Assembly: GCA_023379125.1 (NCBI GenBank)
Contig: JAMCSY010000004.1
Location: forward strand, 122,588-186,587
Length of the DNA stretch: 64,000 nucleotides
Direction of reading: 5' to 3'
Source: Patescibacteria group bacterium
GTDB taxonomy: Bacteria; Patescibacteriota; Microgenomatia; Daviesbacterales; UBA10151
Below are positions 8,822-17,599 of this stretch, in pieces. The notes under the pieces are model-generated. The model did no database searches. It saw only the letters and a list, made by a program, of their open reading frames with translations, and had not been told where the DNA came from. Position 1 is the stretch's first letter, and the number at the start of each line of letters is the position of its first letter. Position numbers and translations under genes: made by a program.

Positions 8822-10966
8822 ATGGCTGATCAAGATATCAAGCTTTTAAAAGATACTGAGGATTTAATTCGTGCCTACAATACTGATACCTCGTTTCGTC
8901 ATCGTGTTGATGATTTAATTAATTACCCTGGAGCCACTTATAAGAACAGGCCACTGAGACTTTATGTCTTAACAGTGACCCGCTTTGCTCCCCAATATAA
9001 AGAATACGAACGTTCGAGCAAGCAAAATCCACAAAGAATTTCTGATTTGTTTGTAAACTTTTATAGAGATGGTCCTTTTTCTCGCTTTGCCAGAGAAGCT
9101 ACTACTGACAAAATCTATGGCACGAGAGAGAAAGAGGTTTTAAAAAACATCGAGCAAGATACAGCCCATCCTCAAGAGCAATATAGAAGCTACCATCAAT
9201 TCCTCAATGAGCAAGAAAAACAAGATTCCACACCAGATGAATCGGGAACTGTTGCTGCACCCAGTGCCCAACCAGAGCCTCAGCCAACCAAACCTCCAGC
9301 TCCTAACGATACCGAGACTCCAGAAGTCAGTGTGGAAGCTAATCAGGAACCGACAGAGCCTGCACAGACATTCCTTGCAGAAAACACACAATCTCCTGTA
9401 GAGGTTACAACTGCACCATCAGAAATCACAACAGAATCTTCACCGCCGTCTGTTACTGAAGCTACCCCAACTGAGGCAGTGATAGTTGAGCCACTACCCA
9501 CCACTTCAACATCAGCTAAACTTCCCACAACACCCACAATACAAACTCCCAATATTAAAACACCAAATTTCATAAAAAATATTTCTTCAAGAGTACAAAT
9601 TACTATCAAAAAAATCACTGATAAGATCCCAAGTCAGGTAGGAAACCTATTAGCAGAAATTGGTGGAACTATTTTGGGTACTAAAAAACCTGCCACCGCC
9701 ATACCGTCACCCATAGCCTCCAAATTAGGCGAGCAGACAGAACAAACAATTAGTACATTGCAAATTGGAGCCAAAAAAACTGCTAGCAAGCTATTTTCAT
9801 CACAAACCCTCATAAACTTACTAAACGAGGCAAAAAGTTATATTTTAGGTACGAACGCACAACCTAAATCAACCTCACCGACTATTGGACAATCTCCTGC
9901 TGTCAATAAAACTTTCACTGACATCAGGATTTGGACTAAAAAATTCATCACTCGTTATGCCACACCACGAAAAGTCTTTGCCGGAGTAACAGGAACTATC
10001 GGAGCAGCAGTCGGTGGTGGAGCTACTGGAACATGGGAGGGAGCAGTAGTCGGAGCCGGTACCGGCATAGCAATTGGTATGACTGCACCATCAGTACTTA
10101 GAGAAGACAACACTAATTCCATACTAAATACTGGTGGAAGTATCATGGACAAAGGTGCTGGGTTAATAAATCGTGCCTTTACAACTCAGAATAGAGCCAG
10201 AATTCTTCTCCGGACTGGAAAAGCTTTACTTAGCACGCCCCAAGGGCGGATTGCTGTGATTATAGTTACGGTCGTTATTCTTCTGATTATCTGGATGATT
10301 GCTGACTTACCAAGATCTAGCACTCCCTTCACCCCATATCCTTTGAATGAGTCTGGGCCAGAGATCGGCAATGGGACAACCGGACCAGGCGGCGTACCAA
10401 TTACACCCGGCCCTACTCCACCCCCTGGATCAGATTTAAGCAGCGTACTCGCTTGGGCCAGAATGATTAATGATGAATTAGTTTTAGCAGGTAGCAGTTA
10501 TACTGGACTACCCATCGCTATTTCCAATAACGGCTATACTACTGGTGTTTGGGCTTCTGGTTATGTCTGCACTTACCTCGTCATTGATGCCTATAATCTG
10601 GCTGGTTTTACAGGAACTAGTAAAGCTGCTAACGGTGCTGTTGTTAACTTAGAAAGCTTCTGGAAATCTGCTGGTGATCAAGGTTATATCTATGTTGACT
10701 ATCAAGCAAATCATCAAAATCTACAATATGTTAAACCTGGCTATGCTATCTTTGAAGAACAAATACCAGGAGTCTATACTGGTAATGAGCATACGGCCAT
10801 CGTAACTAATGTTTCAATTGATGCTAATGGTAATGGTTCAATTACTACTATTGATGCTAATGGTGGATTTTATAAGGGCTGGACATACACTGTTTCTAAT
10901 TGGAATATAATTAATACATTCACCGGTAAGTATGGTGAAATAATTACTGGTTTTGGAGGACACTAG
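8822..10966 (+). CDS. Large membrane-anchored protein with low-complexity linker, glycine zipper, TM and C-terminal CHAP/NlpC-P60-like peptidase domain
   Basis: C-terminal YVCTYLV (Cys), KPGYAIF, GNEHTAIV (His), TIDAN; TM IAVIIVTVVILLIIWM. Confidence 0.6.
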   Translation: MADQDIKLLKDTEDLIRAYNTDTSFRHRVDDLINYPGATYKNRPLRLYVLTVTRFAPQYKEYERSSKQNPQRISDLFVNFYRDGPFSRFAREATTDKIYGTREKEVLKNIEQDTAHPQEQYRSYHQFLNEQEKQDSTPDESGTVAAPSAQPEPQPTKPPAPNDTETPEVSVEANQEPTEPAQTFLAENTQSPVEVTTAPSEITTESSPPSVTEATPTEAVIVEPLPTTSTSAKLPTTPTIQTPNIKTPNFIKNISSRVQITIKKITDKIPSQVGNLLAEIGGTILGTKKPATAIPSPIASKLGEQTEQTISTLQIGAKKTASKLFSSQTLINLLNEAKSYILGTNAQPKSTSPTIGQSPAVNKTFTDIRIWTKKFITRYATPRKVFAGVTGTIGAAVGGGATGTWEGAVVGAGTGIAIGMTAPSVLREDNTNSILNTGGSIMDKGAGLINRAFTTQNRARILLRTGKALLSTPQGRIAVIIVTVVILLIIWMIADLPRSSTPFTPYPLNESGPEIGNGTTGPGGVPITPGPTPPPGSDLSSVLAWARMINDELVLAGSSYTGLPIAISNNGYTTGVWASGYVCTYLVIDAYNLAGFTGTSKAANGAVVNLESFWKSAGDQGYIYVDYQANHQNLQYVKPGYAIFEEQIPGVYTGNEHTAIVTNVSIDANGNGSITTIDANGGFYKGWTYTVSNWNIINTFTGKYGEIITGFGGH

Positions 10967-10972
10967 CAGCAA

Positions 10973-11635
10973 ATGAATCGCACAATTGTCAAGTTGGTTG
11001 TCATAATCATAATTTTGGCTATAGCGTTAGTAGGCACAATCCTGTGGTTAAATAGTCACAATCAAATAGCAGCTATCACTCCTACGGATCAATCCACTGA
11101 TGTTAATATACTCTCTCCTATCCAAGTAACTTTTGCCAAACCTTTTGATAGTAATGCTCAAAAGATGGTTACCTTTTGGACATCACCAGATACTAGTGGC
11201 AAAATAACTTGGTCTGATGATGGTAAAACAGTAACCTATACTCCACAACCACCACTTACTAGTAGCCAAAAATATATCGCTAAAGTTACTTATCTTTCTA
11301 ATCAAAATTTTATCTGGAGTTTTTCAACTACTGCTTTTAATCAGCTGACCCCTGAACAACAAACACAAGCTCAACAACAAGCAGATCAAAATGTGGCCAA
11401 CCAAAGAAACGATCTGCTACAAAAATACCCTTGGTTTCTTAAACTGCCAATTCAAAAGCTAAACTACTTTGTCTATTTTGACCCCACCACTGAGGAATTT
11501 ACGGCCAAAATTTATACCAACAATACTCAAGTTTCCAGTGCTGATTTACAAAAACAGGTTCTAATTGAACTACAAACTTTAGGAATTGATACTAATAAAT
11601 ACAAAATTAATTGGGAAATAAACCCTTCATCTTAA
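10973..11635 (+). CDS. Membrane-anchored Ig-like (Big_5/SbsA-type) domain protein
   Basis: N-terminal TM; TP.D.STDV....PIQVTF.KP, TV.YTP..PL....Y.......WSFST. Confidence 0.7.
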   Translation: MNRTIVKLVVIIIILAIALVGTILWLNSHNQIAAITPTDQSTDVNILSPIQVTFAKPFDSNAQKMVTFWTSPDTSGKITWSDDGKTVTYTPQPPLTSSQKYIAKVTYLSNQNFIWSFSTTAFNQLTPEQQTQAQQQADQNVANQRNDLLQKYPWFLKLPIQKLNYFVYFDPTTEEFTAKIYTNNTQVSSADLQKQVLIELQTLGIDTNKYKINWEINPSS

Positions 11636-11644
11636 AGTTAGTTG

Positions 11645-12097
11645 ATGGAAATTTTCAAAAAGAAACTTATTTGGTTAATTTTAGCTTTGGGAGCAGCTTT
11701 GATCGCTCTTTTTAGTCACGGACTTTATACTGCTACACCTGTACAAACCCTACCCTCTCAACAAACACCTACTATTAATTCTGAACCTCAAGTCATAAAG
11801 ACCGATCCAGATCCACTTAATCAGGCCACTATTTTACCCAATCAAACCATCAGTTTAGAATTCAACTACCCTCTGCAAAATAAAGACGAGTTAAAAATTA
11901 AAATTGATCCTAGTACCGAATTTGAAGTAAATTTAAGTTCTGATCGTAAAACGGCACAAATTACCTTTCCTAATCCACTTGATTTGGGTAGGGCCTATTC
12001 TTTAGTCATCGGTCCAGATACAAAATTTGATGGGGCAAAAAATTTAGGTCATGATATCCAATACCAATTTAAAACTATCAACTACCAGGGAGTCTAA
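11645..12097 (+). CDS. Membrane-anchored Ig-like (Big_5-type) domain protein
   Basis: N-terminal TM; TISLEFNYPL, ITFPNPL..G.AYSLVI, YQFKT. Confidence 0.65.
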   Translation: MEIFKKKLIWLILALGAALIALFSHGLYTATPVQTLPSQQTPTINSEPQVIKTDPDPLNQATILPNQTISLEFNYPLQNKDELKIKIDPSTEFEVNLSSDRKTAQITFPNPLDLGRAYSLVIGPDTKFDGAKNLGHDIQYQFKTINYQGV

Positions 12098-12100
12098 TCA

Positions 12101-13201
12101 TTAGCTTAAGTTTACAGGCATAATAATATATTCTAATCCTTCCTCACCCATTGGTTTTATAATTGCTGCAGAAAGATTTCCTGATAACTCCAAGATTACT
12201 TGGGAAGCTGAGGTAGTAGATAAAGCATCTTGTAAAAACTTAGTATTAAAAGCAATTTCAATCTCCTCTCCTTCTGTCTGGGAAGTTACCTCTCTTTGTT
12301 GATGGCCTAATTGTTTAGCCTCAGAATTAAGAGTTAACTTGGAAGCAGAATTAAGTAGCTTGACTATGTTTGTTTCATTTCGAGCAAAGATCGAAGCCAG
12401 TTTAACTGCTTTTAGTAAATCTTCTCTGCCAGTAATAACTCTTGCTTTGCAAGCAGTCGGAATAATTCTCTCCCAAGCCGGAAATTGACCTTCAATCAAA
12501 CGAGAAGAAACCATCGTAGTCCCAAATTTAAAGATAATTTGATTTTGGTTTTCCGAAGTGGAAATCTCTACTAAATCGGCTTCATCTTCATTAATTAGCC
12601 TTAAAACCTCCTCAAAAGTTCTTCTTGGTACCAAAACCCGCAAATTCTCTTCTTCTGCAATGGGAACGATTTTATGAGCCAAGCGGTATCCGTCAGTAGC
12701 CACTAGTTGCAATTTTTTATCCTTAATTTCTGTCAGAATACCAGTTAGAATAGGCCTCCCATCGTCAGCTGCTGAAGCAAAAGCTACTTGAGGCAAAGAA
12801 CTAATTAATATTTGTGGTGAAATTTTTACTGCTGCTTTACCAGATAATGGAATTGTGGGAAATTCCGTAGCAGCAATACCGTTAATTTGGGAGGAAAAAG
12901 AAGGACTGCTAATTTTCAGCTGGTCAGCAGTGCTTTCAAATTCCAACTGCTCTCCTGATAAATTAGCCACAATCTCGACCAGAGTTTTGGCTGGAACAGT
13001 CACTTCCCCTACTTCACTGTTTTCTGCTTTTAATGTTTTAACTACCCCAATCTCTAGATTTGTCGCGGAAAGCTTTAATTTATCTTGATCCGTGGAAATT
13101 AGGATATTACCTAAAACAGGTAGTTGTGCCCTCACTCCTGCTGAACGAGCTACAGATTGTAAACTTGGCCAAAGATCTTGTTGTAAAATTTTAAACCTCA
13201 T
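12101..13201 (-). CDS. dnaN: DNA polymerase III beta sliding clamp
   Basis: LPVLGNILI, ATNLE, ATDGYRLA, SRLIEGQFP, IIMPV; near dnaA. Confidence 0.97.
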   Translation of the reverse strand: MRFKILQQDLWPSLQSVARSAGVRAQLPVLGNILISTDQDKLKLSATNLEIGVVKTLKAENSEVGEVTVPAKTLVEIVANLSGEQLEFESTADQLKISSPSFSSQINGIAATEFPTIPLSGKAAVKISPQILISSLPQVAFASAADDGRPILTGILTEIKDKKLQLVATDGYRLAHKIVPIAEEENLRVLVPRRTFEEVLRLINEDEADLVEISTSENQNQIIFKFGTTMVSSRLIEGQFPAWERIIPTACKARVITGREDLLKAVKLASIFARNETNIVKLLNSASKLTLNSEAKQLGHQQREVTSQTEGEEIEIAFNTKFLQDALSTTSASQVILELSGNLSAAIIKPMGEEGLEYIIMPVNLS

Positions 13202-13209
13202 TTGCTGCC

Positions 13210-13668
13210 TTAAGATTCTACCCTTCTTTGAGCAGTGACAAAATGATGAATTTCTTCTTCACTAACTTTAATCAAGCGAAAATTAACTCGGCCATTAGCA
13301 ATTAGGTTTTTAATGTGTTTTTCTTCATCTGTCAAGACTGCTGATTGTCCAGATTTAACTTCAATAAAATCGATTCTGTTGTTATTCTTGATACCAATAA
13401 AGTCAATTGGCCACCCTAAAGGGACAATTCGGTCATAATCATATCTTAGTTCAGCATAGGTCAAAAGTTCAGCCATCTTGCCTTTTTGAGGGTTTATGGA
13501 GCCTTGTATGGTCTGTAAAACTTTAACTGGTAAATCTTGTACACCTTTGTATAGATCAATTAAATCTGTAGGGATTTCTTGTTGTGGTTTGCTATGTAGT
13601 CTACCAATAAGATAAGCAACTATTATGCCTAAAATAATTATTACGATATAGGTAAAATTTATCTCCAT
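13210..13668 (-). CDS. Membrane-anchored Holliday-junction-resolvase-like PD-(D/E)XK endonuclease (Endonuc_Holl type)
   Basis: N-terminal TM; GKMAE...LG.PIDFIG....IDFIEVKSG...LT.EEK.IK.LI..GRV. Confidence 0.75.
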   Translation of the reverse strand: MEINFTYIVIIILGIIVAYLIGRLHSKPQQEIPTDLIDLYKGVQDLPVKVLQTIQGSINPQKGKMAELLTYAELRYDYDRIVPLGWPIDFIGIKNNNRIDFIEVKSGQSAVLTDEEKHIKNLIANGRVNFRLIKVSEEEIHHFVTAQRRVES

Positions 13669-13953
13669 AAATGTTTGTTGATAGTTATCCTCAAGTTATC
13701 CACCAACTAGATTGTTAAAACTTTGATATAAATACTCAGTCATAATATTAGTAGTGTCAGTTGATATGTGTATAAAACGTTTAAAATAAGCATATTTAAA
13801 CGGTGGATAACTATAAAAAGTAATTTTTAAGTTGAGAATTTAGTTGCAAGCTAAGAGCTTTGGGCATAAGTTTTCGGATCTTCTTAGTGTGTAAAAAGTA
13901 TAACATAGTTGTGGATATCTTAGTGGATAACTTGCCTGTTATTGTGGATATCT
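13669..13953. other. Chromosomal replication origin (oriC)
   Basis: AT-rich intergenic region downstream of dnaA with DnaA boxes or near-matches at 13685 (TTATCCTCA), 13696 (TTATCCACC), 13767 (TGTGTATAA), 13802, 13888 (TGTGTAAAA), 13910, 13922 and 13943. Confidence 0.88.
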
Positions 13954-15282
13954 TCATGCTTGTAAAGATTGTTTAATCTCGATTAACATTCGTTGAATTT
14001 CCCGGTCACGATTAACTGATTCACGAATCTTCTCTACCCCATGTAAAACTGTTGTATGATCTCGTCCACCTAAAATATCCCCAATTCGTTCATAAGGCAA
14101 TTTACACTCCTCATATAGTAAATACATTGCTAACTGTCTTGGTAAGACAAGTTCCTTCTTTCTTCTGGGGCCAACTATTTCTGCCATTTTTATATTGAAA
14201 TATTGATTAATCTCGCTAATAACTTTCTTATAATCAATTTTCTGCTCACTAATTCCAGGTTTTCCTAGAATTTTTCTGGCAAAATCTATAGTTAATTCCT
14301 CGCCAGAAAGCTTAGCTGTTTGAATAACTTGTAGTAGTTTGCCTTCTAGCTCACGGGCGTTGGTTGGAAAAACTTCCGCAATTAGGGTCAAGATCTCTTC
14401 AGGAACAATTTCTCCCCTTTCTTCACCCTTAGCTCTTAAGATGGCTACCCTAGTATCAAAATCAGGTTGTTGAATATCAACCATTAAGCCTCCCTGAAAA
14501 CGCGATAATAATCTTGATTCAAGTTTCTGCATCTCTTGGGGTGGACGATCAGAAGTTAAAATAATTTGTGACCCATTGGTATGTAATTCATTGAACGTAT
14601 GGAAAAATTCCTCTTGAGTAGAATCTCGACCAGAAATGAATTGAATATCATCAACTAAGAGCAGATCACACATGCGATACTTACCTCTAAACTCACCGGT
14701 TCGTTTGTTTTGAATACTCTGAATAAAATCATTAGTAAACTTTTCTGAGGAGCAATAAACAATTTTAATTCGGGGGTTTTTTTGAAGCAAAGCATTTCCA
14801 ATACCATGCATGAGATGGGTTTTGCCAACCCCTGTTCCACCGTAGATAAATAAAGGATTATAGCTTAACCCAGGATTTTGAATTACAGCTTGGGCAGCTG
14901 CATAGGCTAGATTATTAGAAAGTCCAACAACAAAGTTTTTCATTGTATGCTTGGTGTTTAAACCATGCTCGTGAGTATTAACAGGTAAATTATTTAATAG
15001 GTCAAGTTCAATTAGGCTATCAGGTGGGTTAATATTTTCCTGAGAAGAATCAATCGTGATTTCAAAGTTGATATTTTGTCCAAAAACTTGGCTAATAGAA
15101 CTTTGTAATAGCTCTTGGTACTTACTACTTAGCTGTTGTTTAATAAAAGCAGAAGGGACACTAATTAATAATTTTTTGGCTGTTTGTTCTTGCAAAAGAC
15201 TTTGGGCAAACCAGGTTCGATAATTAGCAGCTGAGACCTGCTCTTTAATTAGTGTTAGCACTTTGGCCCACTGCTTCTCCAT
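13954..15282 (-). CDS. dnaA: Chromosomal replication initiator DnaA
   Basis: YNPLFIYGGTGVGKTHL, LLVDDIQF, QEEFFHTFN, GGRDHTTV; likely start MEKQW at 15282. Confidence 0.98.
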   Translation of the reverse strand: MEKQWAKVLTLIKEQVSAANYRTWFAQSLLQEQTAKKLLISVPSAFIKQQLSSKYQELLQSSISQVFGQNINFEITIDSSQENINPPDSLIELDLLNNLPVNTHEHGLNTKHTMKNFVVGLSNNLAYAAAQAVIQNPGLSYNPLFIYGGTGVGKTHLMHGIGNALLQKNPRIKIVYCSSEKFTNDFIQSIQNKRTGEFRGKYRMCDLLLVDDIQFISGRDSTQEEFFHTFNELHTNGSQIILTSDRPPQEMQKLESRLLSRFQGGLMVDIQQPDFDTRVAILRAKGEERGEIVPEEILTLIAEVFPTNARELEGKLLQVIQTAKLSGEELTIDFARKILGKPGISEQKIDYKKVISEINQYFNIKMAEIVGPRRKKELVLPRQLAMYLLYEECKLPYERIGDILGGRDHTTVLHGVEKIRESVNRDREIQRMLIEIKQSLQA

Positions 15283-15289
15283 GGAAATG

Positions 15290-15319
15290 ATATTAGTGTA
15301 AAAGTTATCCACATGACAA
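15290..15319 (-). promoter_or_regulatory. dnaA promoter with a perfect DnaA box in the spacer (probable autoregulation)
   Basis: TTGTCA (15319-15314), TAATAT (15295-15290); TTATCCACA at 15305-15313. Confidence 0.65.
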
Positions 15320-15429
15320 GATACAGTAAGTGTTTCGTAATAGATCATCCCCTACCTTGGGATAAAAAGATTGCAATCTTAACCCAAACTTAGTAAACTA
15401 TTTTCCTGAGAAGTTGAGATGTTTTAATT

Positions 15430-15567
15430 ATGAATATCGGTACATACCAACCAAGCAAAATAAAAAGAAAAAGAAAGCACGGATTTCGTGCCCGACAACA
15501 AACTCATGATGGCCAAAAAGTATTGAAACGAAGAATGGCCAAAGGTCGCAAAAGACTAAGTTTGTAA
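15430..15567 (+). CDS. rpmH: 50S ribosomal protein L34 (not in the ORF track)
   Basis: Translates to [45 protein letters not shown]; TAATG overlap with rnpA; canonical synteny. Confidence 0.97.
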   Translation: MNIGTYQPSKIKRKRKHGFRARQQTHDGQKVLKRRMAKGRKRLSL

Positions 15568-15908
15568 TGTTGTCAAAAGATAAACGCCTCAATATTAGTA
15601 GAAGTTTCCAATGGGTTATCAACGGACAAAAGATTGAAGATCAACTACTTAGTCTTTATTTTCGCTTGGGAGATAATGATCAACCAAAAGTAGGAGTGGC
15701 GATCTCCGCTAAAAAAATCAAAACGGCAGTGGCCAGAAATAAAACGAAAAGATTAATTATGCAAAGTTTGTCTGGGCTGTACACTAAATTGTTAAAAAAT
15801 ACTAATATTTTAGTAATGCCCAAAATTGATCTTGCCGGAAAAGATCAAAATAATATTCAAAAAAATATTGAACTACTATTACAAAAAGGCAGGCTGACTA
15901 ATGATTAA
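15567..15908 (+). CDS. rnpA: Ribonuclease P protein component
   Basis: KVGVAISAKK.KTAVARNK.KR (RNR motif); synteny. Confidence 0.93.
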   Translation: MLSKDKRLNISRSFQWVINGQKIEDQLLSLYFRLGDNDQPKVGVAISAKKIKTAVARNKTKRLIMQSLSGLYTKLLKNTNILVMPKIDLAGKDQNNIQKNIELLLQKGRLTND

Positions 15909-16104
15909 AAAAATAGTTATGGAACTAATTAAGTTTTACCAAACATTCTTATCTTTCGATCGAGGTCTATTATCAATTATTGCACCAGGTGGAGCTTGTA
16001 AGTACTCCCCCACTTGCTCAGAATATACCAAACAGCAAGTTGAACGCTTGGGAGTGTTACGCGGGATAATCTTAGGAGGAAGAAGGATTTTGTCATGTCG
16101 ATAG
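15901..16104 (+). CDS. yidD: Membrane protein insertion efficiency factor
   Basis: CKYSPTCSEY...G..RILSC; synteny. Confidence 0.92.
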   Translation: MIKKIVMELIKFYQTFLSFDRGLLSIIAPGGACKYSPTCSEYTKQQVERLGVLRGIILGGRRILSCR

Positions 16105-16952
16105 GAGCAATTTTTAATACGATCTTCTTTGATCCAATTGTTAATTTACTAGTACTGATTTTTCATGGTTTAGAAACAGTGTCTATTCCAGGAGCATTAG
16201 GTTTTTCAATTATTCTCTTAACAATTTTGATTCGAATGTTGGTGTGGCCGTTTATGAATGCTCAACTGCACTCAGCACGCAGAATGGCTGAACTTAAACC
16301 AGAAATAGATAAATTGAAAGAAAAGCATGGTAGTGACAAACAAGCTTTTGCTGCAGCGCAGATGGCTTTATATAAAGAAAGAAATATTAATCCAGCTGGT
16401 GGTTGTTTACCAGCAATTATTCAATTACCAGTAATTTGGGCACTTTACCAAACAATTTATGCATTTTTCTCAGGTAGTGCTGGACTAGAAAGAATTAACA
16501 ACGCTCTTTATGTAGCAAACTGGAAATTAACTCAAACGCCAAACTTGGATTTTTTTGGCTTGAATTTAGCTAATAAACCAGCTGAGTTTGGTCAAATTGG
16601 CATTTTAGTCCTGCTGATTCCCCTACTCACAGCTACACTCACTTTAGTGCAGTCAAAAATGATGACACCTCCTCAGATTAAAGCTTATCCACAGGATACT
16701 AAAAAGGAAAAAGAAGAAAAACAATCAACGGACGAATCGATTGCGGCAATGCAATCTCAAATGACTTATCTGATGCCATTGATGATTGGTTATTTCGCTT
16801 TCCAGTTTCCTATTGGCCTCGCTTTATACTGGAATACTTTTACGATATTAGGTATAATCCAACAATACTTTGTTTCAGGTTGGGGCGGCTTAAAAAGTTG
16901 GCTAAGTTTTTTAAATAGACCTAACTTGAAATTAAATAAAGTTAATAAATAG
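16095..16952 (+). CDS. yidC: Membrane protein insertase YidC (short form)
   Basis: LYKERNINPAGGCLP, GLALYW, QQY. Confidence 0.95.
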   Translation: MSIGAIFNTIFFDPIVNLLVLIFHGLETVSIPGALGFSIILLTILIRMLVWPFMNAQLHSARRMAELKPEIDKLKEKHGSDKQAFAAAQMALYKERNINPAGGCLPAIIQLPVIWALYQTIYAFFSGSAGLERINNALYVANWKLTQTPNLDFFGLNLANKPAEFGQIGILVLLIPLLTATLTLVQSKMMTPPQIKAYPQDTKKEKEEKQSTDESIAAMQSQMTYLMPLMIGYFAFQFPIGLALYWNTFTILGIIQQYFVSGWGGLKSWLSFLNRPNLKLNKVNK

Positions 16953-17025
16953 TTCAAAGTTATAATAAATAATTTGACACTAAGAACTAATTAAACAACT
17001 ATATAAACTGCCCAATAGATAAATT

Positions 17026-17550
17026 ATGGAAGCTCGAGTATCAGAAATATTAGAAAATATTTTAAGCTTGCTAGGCCTGGAAGGTAGTTTTGAGGTGGTT
17101 GAAGGTCCAGAAGAAGTAGCTGTTTCAATAGAAACAGAAGATCCAGGCAGGTTAATTGGTTTTCGTGGTGAAACTTTAGATGCACTACAGCTAATTGTCA
17201 ACCAAATCCTCGGCAAGCAGCTTTCTTCTCAAGAAGACTCTAAAGAGCAATTTAAAAGAGTGGTAATTGATGTAGCTGATTGGCGGAAAAATAAGGAGGG
17301 AGATTTAGAAAGAAGGGCCAGATCCTGGGCTCAAGAGGTACAGGAAAAAGGCTCACCAATTGAACTTGATCCCATGCCTTCTTGGCAAAGACGCATTATT
17401 CATATGATTATTAGTGAGATAGGTGGAGTTTCCTCAGAAAGTGTTGGTGAAGGTAAAGATAGACATTTAATTATTAGTCCCGCAGATGAAAAAGCAGCTG
17501 GGCAACCTGGAGAATCTACAGAAGACATTCCAACCACAACTGAAGACTAA
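17026..17550 (+). CDS. jag: Jag/KhpB RNA-binding protein (KH plus R3H, no Jag_N domain)
   Basis: GRLIGFRGETLDALQ, RRIIH, S.S.GEG..R. Confidence 0.9.
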   Translation: MEARVSEILENILSLLGLEGSFEVVEGPEEVAVSIETEDPGRLIGFRGETLDALQLIVNQILGKQLSSQEDSKEQFKRVVIDVADWRKNKEGDLERRARSWAQEVQEKGSPIELDPMPSWQRRIIHMIISEIGGVSSESVGEGKDRHLIISPADEKAAGQPGESTEDIPTTTED

Positions 17551-17599
17551 AATCTTTTCTACTTTTCTTTCATCCATCAGATCCTTTACAATTTAAGCT

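Noticed and set aside
15283-15348. N-terminal extension of DnaA in the ORF track
   Set aside because: It overlaps the promoter and DnaA box; MEKQW at 15282 matches the normal DnaA start.
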